20,000 nt of DNA, taken from the IMG/VR virus record IMGVR_UViG_3300029705_000096; one strand, given 5' to 3'. How positions within the stretch are numbered: the first letter of the stretch is position 1; each line of letters begins with the position of its first letter. Positions 16,938-20,000 of the stretch are shown here, piece after piece. The notes beneath the pieces were generated by a model that worked only from the letters and a program-made list of their open reading frames with translations, did not search any database and had not been told where the DNA came from. The translations under genes and the position numbers were made by a program. Origin of the DNA: an uncultured virus (IMG/VR IMGVR_UViG_3300029705_000096). Its lineage: Duplodnaviria; Heunggongvirae; Uroviricota; Caudoviricetes.

Positions 16938-17113
16938 AACGAAAAGAACTTGATGCACTGAAGACGAAGATCAAGCAGAAAACAGAAGAGTCTTCCGATC
17001 TGCACGCCCTCGTTGAAGCTATCTCTAAGCTTCCTTATGGACAGTTCAAAAAAGTCGCAACTGATGAAGTGCTTGAAATACTAACAAAGTATGGCTACGT
17101 TGAAGCTTCCTAA
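16934..17113 (+). CDS. 59-aa hypothetical protein missing from the ORF track
   Basis: RBS GGAGGT (16922-16927) and ATGA overlap with the upstream stop. MKRKELDALKTKIKQKTEESSDLHALVEAISKLPYGQFKKVATDEVLEILTKYGYVEAS*, filling the gap exactly. Confidence 0.8.
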   Translation: MKRKELDALKTKIKQKTEESSDLHALVEAISKLPYGQFKKVATDEVLEILTKYGYVEAS

Positions 17114-17134
17114 TAACGACGGGAGGTGTTCCCA

Positions 17135-17428
17135 TTGGACTTGGCACACGAAGAACGACTGAGCAAGGTCGAAGAAAGGTCGAAGTCGAACCAGCATCGC
17201 CTAGATGAGATGGAGCGACGACAGGACAACCTTGACGATCTCGTTGGAACCGTTAAAGTTCTTGCATCCAGAGAAGAAATAGTCGAGAAAGATGTAAAAG
17301 AAATTAAAGATGACGTCAAAGAATTGACCAACAGACCGGCAAAAAGGTGGGAAGACATCGTAAGCAAAGCGATTATGACCATTGTAGCCGCTGTTGTAGG
17401 GTTCATTTTGGCGAAAATCGGACTGTAA
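17135..17428 (+). CDS. XhlA/haemolysin-like lysis-cassette protein (coiled coil plus C-terminal TM)
   Basis: RBS GGGAGG favours TTG 17135. 'ERLSKVEERSKSNQHRLDEME' coiled coil and one C-terminal hydrophobic helix 'AIMTIVAAVVGFILAKIGL'. Confidence 0.7.
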   Translation: MDLAHEERLSKVEERSKSNQHRLDEMERRQDNLDDLVGTVKVLASREEIVEKDVKEIKDDVKELTNRPAKRWEDIVSKAIMTIVAAVVGFILAKIGL

Positions 17429-17465
17429 CCAAACCGAAAATCCCAGAGAGGAGATATACTTTCGA

Positions 17466-17885
17466 ATGGAAATAAAAGAATTCTTATCTGCGTTGCTCCA
17501 AGCGATACTGATTGCCTCTATACCTGTGGTTGCTACATACATCAAGAAGAGTCTTCAGGCGTTTGCAGAATATCTGAAATCAAAAATCGAGAACGACAAA
17601 TCTAAGCATATTCTGGACGACATCGCAAAAGCTGTCACGGATGCAGTGACATACACGAGCCAGACATATGTTGACGCACTCAAGCAGAGCGGATCATTTA
17701 CCATGGAGAACCAAGGGATTGCACTTCAGAAGTCCTATGACAAAGCAAAAATGCTGCTTGGAGATCAGGCAATTGAGTACATCGAACTCACATACGGCAA
17801 CCTGAAGGAATATCTCACCACCAGAATTGAGGCTGAAGTCAGGAAGCAAAAAGTTTGTGTTCAGGCTGTAGAAGCGAAGGAGTGA
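17466..17885 (+). CDS. Phage holin, LL-H-like family
   Basis: Single N-terminal TM followed by 'AVTDAV.YTSQTYVDALK...IEAEVRKQK'; directly upstream of the endolysin. Confidence 0.7.
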   Translation: MEIKEFLSALLQAILIASIPVVATYIKKSLQAFAEYLKSKIENDKSKHILDDIAKAVTDAVTYTSQTYVDALKQSGSFTMENQGIALQKSYDKAKMLLGDQAIEYIELTYGNLKEYLTTRIEAEVRKQKVCVQAVEAKE

Positions 17886-17890
17886 GAAAC

Positions 17891-18715
17891 ATGACTGAAT
17901 TGGAAAAGCGTCAACAGGTAGTTGATATCATGGCTGGATGGGTTGGCGCAACCAAGGGAAGTGCGGCACATAGAGAAATCCTATCTTTGTACAACGGCCG
18001 TTATCCTATTGCGAGAGGGTACGCTGTCCAAGAATATGACGATTATTGTGCTACAACGGTAAGTGCTGCCTTCATCAAGGCTGGGATCGCCGAGTACACA
18101 GGGACTGAGTGTGGCGTAGAACGGTTCGTTGAAGTTGCAAAAGAAAAAGGCATATGGATCGAAGATGATGCATTTGTTCCCCAGTTCGGAGATGCGATTG
18201 TCTACGATTGGCAAGACACAGGCGTAGGAGACAGCCAGGGCTGGGCAGACCACATCGGCATCGTCGCTGCAGTGAATGGAAACCTTGAAACCGTAATTGA
18301 AGGCAACATGAGCGGCGGCGTTGTTGGAACCAGATCGATTGAGGTCAATGCAAGATACATACGAGGCTATATCTGCCCTGACTATGCAAAGATTGTCGGC
18401 GTGTCAACCGTTTCTCCGTCTGTTCAGCCACTACCTCAAGTGCCACTGCAGCCGCAGCAAACGCATCCTCAAACAACAGATCTTAACTACGAAATGTTCA
18501 AGAGTTACCTTGCCAAATACAGAGGCGAGGTACGAGACAATGATGCATCTGCGTACAGCGAGGAAGCTCGTATCTGGAGTGTAGCAATGGGCTTAATCGC
18601 TGGCGGAGGCAATGGCGCGGACGGAAAGCCAAATTATATGTGGGAAGATTTTCTCACGAGAGAGCAATTTGTTACCGTGCTGTACCGGTTCGCTAAGATT
18701 ATGGGTAGAGCCTAA
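17891..18715 (+). CDS. Endolysin: CHAP catalytic domain, Pro/Gln linker and SLH-like domain
   Basis: RBS AAGGAG favours ATG 17891. CHAP residues 'YCATTVS', 'DHIGIV' and 'VIEGN'; C-terminal 'W....GLIAG...LTREQFVTVLYRF' SLH signature. Confidence 0.85.
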   Translation: MTELEKRQQVVDIMAGWVGATKGSAAHREILSLYNGRYPIARGYAVQEYDDYCATTVSAAFIKAGIAEYTGTECGVERFVEVAKEKGIWIEDDAFVPQFGDAIVYDWQDTGVGDSQGWADHIGIVAAVNGNLETVIEGNMSGGVVGTRSIEVNARYIRGYICPDYAKIVGVSTVSPSVQPLPQVPLQPQQTHPQTTDLNYEMFKSYLAKYRGEVRDNDASAYSEEARIWSVAMGLIAGGGNGADGKPNYMWEDFLTREQFVTVLYRFAKIMGRA

Positions 18716-19038
18716 TGAGCGGAAAATATCTCAAGAAAAGAAAAACCAAGGGCAGAAGCACTGATTTCAGCAAACGTCTGGTATCGGATATCAGGAGTCT
18801 CCTTTGGGTTGTGACTATCGGCGGATTAGGGCTTGCCGGTCTTTGCATCATAAAAGGGTACACCGGATCGCTGCCGTGGTTGTCGGCTATGGTTGGATTG
18901 CCTTGGAGTGCCCACGGTGTCGTATGCTCTTTCTACCTTACAATGGCAAAATCAGATCACAAATCTGGAGGGATAACATTCGAAGCCGCAGCGGCTAATA
19001 ACTTCGGAGTTGAAAAGTCGAATAGTCCTTCCATCTGA
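18715..19038 (+). CDS. Two-TM membrane protein with a basic N-terminus (holin/antiholin-like)
   Basis: TAATG overlap with the endolysin stop. 'KKRKTK...FSKRL', hydrophobic segments 'LLWVVTIGGLGLAGLCII' and 'WLSAMVGLPWSAHGVVCSFYL', then 'AKSDH'. Confidence 0.6.
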   Translation: MSGKYLKKRKTKGRSTDFSKRLVSDIRSLLWVVTIGGLGLAGLCIIKGYTGSLPWLSAMVGLPWSAHGVVCSFYLTMAKSDHKSGGITFEAAAANNFGVEKSNSPSI

Positions 19039-19047
19039 ATACATTAA

Positions 19048-19183
19048 GCGATCACGGGTTTACCTCCGGCCCGTTTCGCCCGGTGTTCGTAAGAAAGATA
19101 TCCCCCTTTTCTTCGACAAAATCGAATACCGGAAATAAATCCCCCCCACTTCAGCAATTGCTGGAGTGGGGGCTTTTGTTTTT
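19048..19183 (+). ncRNA. Candidate structured RNA / 3'-UTR element: three consecutive hairpins with C-rich unpaired segments
   Basis: Hairpin 1 (19048-19079) has loop TACCTCC, hairpin 2 (19080-19132) has loop ATATCCCCC, and hairpin 3 is the terminator. G-U pairs in all three stems favour + strand folding. Confidence 0.4.
19143..19183 (+). terminator. Rho-independent terminator closing the late operon
   Basis: 13-bp stem CCCCCACTTCAGC-aatt-GCTGGAGTGGGGG (one G-U) followed by CTTTTGTTTTT. Confidence 0.85.
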
Positions 19184-19396
19184 GTGGAACAACTCCGCAG
19201 AAAAAATCAATGCTCAATTTATACAAAAATGAAAGCTCTGTTTTGACAGAATGTTCCCTGCGGCATTTTAGCAACTTTTTATACACTTATACCAATGAAA
19301 AATAATTACGGCAAAACTCATTCTAAAGTCCCACAAAAGGATTATGATCTAAAATGGCGATTTGAATAAATCTTTTCAAATATATCGAAATTCCTC

Positions 19397-19424
19397 TTGA
19401 CTTTACTGATTGGTATGCTACGAT
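19397..19424 (+). promoter_or_regulatory. SigmaA/sigma70-type promoter with extended -10
   Basis: -35 TTGACT (19397-19402), 16-nt spacer, TG-c-TACGAT (TG 19416-19417; -10 at 19419-19424), AT-rich upstream region. Confidence 0.7.
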
Positions 19425-19455
19425 ATAGTCACAAAAAAGTTTACCGATTGGTAAA
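19402..19455. promoter_or_regulatory. Pair of operator-like near-palindromes
   Basis: TTTACTGATTGGTA (19402-19415, in the promoter spacer) and TTTACCGATTGGTAAA (19440-19455, TTTACC-N4-GGTAAA inverted repeat); 13 of 14 positions identical. Confidence 0.65.
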
Positions 19456-19515
19456 AAGGAGTTTCAAACGATAAACGCGGAGATTTATCCGCAATCAAGA
19501 AAAGGAGTTCTCAGC

Positions 19516-19866
19516 ATGATAGATCTCAGAAAATATTCGGCTCTCATCCGTGAAATGGTTGCCAAAGAAAACGAAAAAGACCTCAACTGGAAGTGGTCGG
19601 TTAAGTCGATTGGGAAGAAGAAAGCGCGCATTCGCTGGGGCTATCTGGACTATCTGGAAGAGGAACAGAACTGCTTCATCCTTTCTGTCGATTGCAACAA
19701 GGAAGCCGGAGACTGGATCTGGGCTTGTCTCCCTGACGGAGACCACATTGAATGCTATATGGTTGCTGAGAAACCGAATCCGAAGATCGGCGCAGAGCAG
19801 ACAATCGAGAGCGGCATCAGAGATGCAATTGAGGAAATCGCCTACTATGCACACACCAGATATTGA
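19516..19866 (+). CDS. Hypothetical protein (first gene of a new transcription unit)
   Basis: RBS AAAGGAG, ATG, 116 aa; downstream of the predicted promoter. Confidence 0.75.
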   Translation: MIDLRKYSALIREMVAKENEKDLNWKWSVKSIGKKKARIRWGYLDYLEEEQNCFILSVDCNKEAGDWIWACLPDGDHIECYMVAEKPNPKIGAEQTIESGIRDAIEEIAYYAHTRY

Positions 19867-19881
19867 AAGGATGAGAAAAAG

Positions 19882-20000
19882 ATGAAGAAATACTTAGTTC
19901 AGACAAAGCATTCAAACGGCGAGATCGATCTCTCCGAGAACACTGCAGGTCAGATCATCAATTTCTTTGGTTTTCGTGACTGCACCGACTGCGACTACGA
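19882..20000 (+). CDS. Hypothetical protein, 3'-truncated by the window
   Basis: RBS AAAGGA, ATG 19882, frame open to the window end (MKKYLVQTKHSNGEIDLSENTAGQIINFFGFRDCTDCDY). Confidence 0.6.
   Translation, partial: MKKYLVQTKHSNGEIDLSENTAGQIINFFGFRDCTDCDY

Noticed and set aside
19044..19286. 80-aa minus-strand ORF / possible type I toxin
   Set aside because: Runs through the terminator and hairpins, has no hydrophobic toxin-like helix, and the minus-strand GGAGG leads only to a 3-codon frame.
1..20000. CRISPR array, tRNA/rRNA, IS element or stop-codon recoding
   Set aside because: No repeat-spacer pattern, cloverleaf or transposase noticed by eye. TAA, TAG and TGA all end genes just before the next RBS, consistent with the standard code.

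Overview
This window is the end of the late (morphogenesis/lysis) operon of a contractile-tailed phage or prophage, probably infecting a Clostridia-type Firmicute. The host call is an inference from GGAGG ribosome-binding sites, an SLH-bearing CHAP endolysin and a sigmaA-type promoter. All credible genes are on the + strand and tightly packed. The order is: baseplate J C-terminus, DUF2612-like baseplate protein, short tail fibre, a four-gene radical SAM/SPASM cassette, about 13 accessory tail/receptor-binding-like genes (including a calcineurin-like metallophosphoesterase), lysis cassette, a three-hairpin intergenic element ending in a terminator, then an operator-flanked promoter driving small hypothetical genes. 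The most striking feature is the cassette at 1901-4759: a small accessory protein, a CXXX-repeat-type maturase, a 223-aa target with 28 Cys spaced mostly every fourth residue, and an orphan gene. It is wired into the tail operon with no peptidase, exporter or immunity gene in the window, so it may post-translationally modify a virion component. Family names come from motif recognition only; no searches were run.
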